Below, piece after piece: positions 28,465 to 30,623 of a stretch of DNA of 30,623 nucleotides. The stretch's first letter is position 1. Each line of letters opens with the position of its first letter. Position numbers and translations under genes: made by a program. The notes beneath the pieces were generated by a model. That model did not search any database. It worked only from the letters and a program-made list of their open reading frames with translations, and had not been told where the DNA came from. Source of the stretch: a virus (lineage: Duplodnaviria; Caudoviricetes); the IMG/VR virus record IMGVR_UViG_3300002307_001710, positions 1 to 30,623 of that record; one strand, given 5' to 3'.

Positions 28465-30623
28465 ATGCCGCAAAAATTAATTAATATCGGTTCTTCAGCA
28501 AATGATAAAACTGGGGACCCGTTGAGAACTGCATTTGATAAAGTAAATCAAAATTTTACCGAACTATACCGAGTTGACACAAACACAAAATATCATTTAG
28601 GTGATGATCAAATATTTGTTGATTTAGACCCAGTTAGCGGTACAGTTATTATACAAAGTCAATTTGATTCTAGTATGCCTATCTATATCAAAGGTGCTAA
28701 TTGCAGCAACGGTGGAGTCGGAGGCAACGTTGTTATCGAAGCAGGCGGGGCGCCATTACCAAACACTGGAACAACTGGAAACATTGAACTGGCCGCCCAA
28801 CAAACTACTATTGAATCCAATAATAATATGTGGACATTTGGCGATGATGGTACATTAACATTACCAAATGATACTAAAATTATTCCTGTTGCATTTGACG
28901 GCATTCACTTTAATGTGAACGAAAATATTTGGAACTTTGACGCAAATGGTGTACTAAACTTCCCCAATAACAACGGACAGATAGGACAACTAGAAAGTCC
29001 ATATACAGGATTAGAGTTTCGTACTGGGTCAGGCGCCGACTGGATTGGCATCAGTTACGGTGAGATCAACGACAATAATACTAGCTACTTTTACTTTGAC
29101 AAAGACGGTAATGATTACTTAACTGCTAATCATCAAGCACATTTACAGATTAAAAATCCTGCACACGACGGGCATGTTGAATGGTTATTTGATTCCAATG
29201 GTAATTTAACATTACCGACTAACGGTGATATACAATTTACTAACGGTACAATTAGTACAGTAGATGGCGGACTAACTGCTCGTGCTTACGAAGGTAGTTT
29301 TAAGATTACAGTAGACGAGCATGGTCCGGTAACTGTACCAACAATATCCTGGGAGTTTGATATAGGTGGTACTTTAACATTACCGTCTACAAATATAATA
29401 ACAGCGGCTTTGAGTACTGTTGGCACCATAATATCAGGCATTGAAACTTGGGATTATCATAACTCATCTGGTGATCCATATGCTTGGATTACGGTCGGCG
29501 GTAATGCCCCAGTGTTTCAATCACTATACAATCGAGGCGATGAGATTATTGGATGGAGTTTTTATTCGACTTTTGACCCTGGTAATGTTGTAACTATTAC
29601 ATCTCGTGATGCAGGTGGGCCATCATTGACTTTTAGTGGTGATCTAGGGGCGGCCCCGTATACAGCATATTCACCGGACTATATATCAGTTGTCGGTCAT
29701 CCGGTTGTTATACAAACTAATGGTCCACAATTTCAAGCTAACTGGACTTTTGGCACAACTGGTACATTAACATTACCAAACGGTGCTTCTATTGGAAGTA
29801 GCGACTCGTTATTAGGCATCCCGTTGACCACAGCCCGTGGCACGGTATTGTTTGGCAATACTCCTGAACAATGTGAGCCCCCTACTGCTGATTCGCATTT
29901 CCACATAATGAAATCTGATCCTACAAATGTTGATTTATTCTTTGGTGACGACTTCAACTATGTTAAATTGCCTAGCAATAATGGTGTAATAATCAACACT
30001 TTTGATTTTGTCAATCCGCCACAGCAATGGCAGTTTGGCACAGACGGTAACCTGACAATGCCACTTGAAACCAAACTAAATTCAGGAGGTGTTGGTGTAG
30101 CTAACAGCGCAGAGATTGGTACAACAGTTGTATTTGATGGTCCAGATATTGTTGATAGTGAAATCTTCATGGGCTCAGGCTACGGTGAATTCCGTAGCAT
30201 CTACAACAAAACCAGTCCACTTGACTCAGGTCTAGTCTATGCTGGGGTAGAAGGATTTAACTACACCCAACTTGGCAACGTCAACTTTGCTGGTATGGTC
30301 AGTCAGACTCCTAACATTGACAGCATGTATAGTGTTGGGCTAAATGAAGACAGACAGATTGTCATTGGATTTACACAAAACGAGCAGACACAAGCATCAA
30401 CGGATTGGAGTGTTACAGTAGGAACTCTTAACACCGACATGACTGTTAATGGTTTGTTTGCTAATACTACTACTACTGTGATTGGATCAGGACTCTCATC
30501 TTGGCAGTTTGGTGGTGATGGTAATTTAACACTGCCAGCAGGTGGAGACATTAAAGATAGTACAGGCACAAGTGTACTAGGTGGAGGTGGTGGAAGCACA
30601 TTGGTCAATGGTTCAAAAACTGT
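28465..30623 (+). CDS. Second tail fibre protein, 3'-truncated (absent from the ORF track)
   Basis: ATG 28465 reads MPQKLINIGSSANDKTGDPLRTAFDKVNQNFTELY, the same anchor motif as the giant protein. The frame stays open to the window end and contains seven WxFxxxGxLxxP repeats. Confidence 0.88.
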   Translation, partial: MPQKLINIGSSANDKTGDPLRTAFDKVNQNFTELYRVDTNTKYHLGDDQIFVDLDPVSGTVIIQSQFDSSMPIYIKGANCSNGGVGGNVVIEAGGAPLPNTGTTGNIELAAQQTTIESNNNMWTFGDDGTLTLPNDTKIIPVAFDGIHFNVNENIWNFDANGVLNFPNNNGQIGQLESPYTGLEFRTGSGADWIGISYGEINDNNTSYFYFDKDGNDYLTANHQAHLQIKNPAHDGHVEWLFDSNGNLTLPTNGDIQFTNGTISTVDGGLTARAYEGSFKITVDEHGPVTVPTISWEFDIGGTLTLPSTNIITAALSTVGTIISGIETWDYHNSSGDPYAWITVGGNAPVFQSLYNRGDEIIGWSFYSTFDPGNVVTITSRDAGGPSLTFSGDLGAAPYTAYSPDYISVVGHPVVIQTNGPQFQANWTFGTTGTLTLPNGASIGSSDSLLGIPLTTARGTVLFGNTPEQCEPPTADSHFHIMKSDPTNVDLFFGDDFNYVKLPSNNGVIINTFDFVNPPQQWQFGTDGNLTMPLETKLNSGGVGVANSAEIGTTVVFDGPDIVDSEIFMGSGYGEFRSIYNKTSPLDSGLVYAGVEGFNYTQLGNVNFAGMVSQTPNIDSMYSVGLNEDRQIVIGFTQNEQTQASTDWSVTVGTLNTDMTVNGLFANTTTTVIGSGLSSWQFGGDGNLTLPAGGDIKDSTGTSVLGGGGGSTLVNGSKT

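Noticed and set aside
27326-30537. CRISPR array or diversity-generating retroelement behind the repeats
   Set aside because: The repeats are in frame, degenerate and protein-coding. No reverse transcriptase, cas gene or adenine-specific TR/VR pair is visible.
1814-30608. Other short ORFs nested in or antisense to the long genes (e.g. 10822-11172, 16398-16634, 20566-20898, 28664-28858)
   Set aside because: Fully overlapped by well-supported genes and lacking recognisable motifs or start signals.
1-30623. Stop-codon recoding
   Set aside because: Standard code gives near-complete coding density, and TAA, TGA and TAG all end plausible genes. The break at 7210 is a frameshift, not readthrough.
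1-30623. Eukaryotic giant virus or bacterial chromosome origin
   Set aside because: Sigma70 promoters, SD sites, T4-like late boxes and T4 gp9/gp10-like anchor motifs point to a tailed phage.

Overview
AT-rich, gene-dense fragment of a large tailed bacteriophage genome (T4-like/jumbo type), read with the standard genetic code. It has three blocks. (1) 1-12280 is an accessory biosynthetic island: three or four twitch/SPASM radical SAM units, an SGNH-like/glycosyltransferase-like fusion, a UDP-sugar dehydrogenase, a frameshifted SGNH relic, an ADP-heptose epimerase and two GT9-like genes on the opposite strand. (2) 12355-16659 holds a fibre-like protein, a small membrane protein, queD, a solo AbrB-like gene, uvsE and two small late genes. 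(3) 16736 to the end encodes a 3908-aa modular virion protein and a second fibre gene that runs off the window and is missing from the ORF track. Near-consensus sigma70 promoters precede non-structural genes, and T4-late-like (A)TAAATA boxes precede structural ones. The strongest unexpected signals are: about seven helical repeats in the giant protein that resemble the phycobiliprotein/globin KCxRDIGY...GG core; a candidate phage heptosylation/glycan-tailoring system; a domain-permuted radical SAM; and a leaderless abrB-uvsE transcript. All family assignments come from motif recognition by eye, and no database search was run.
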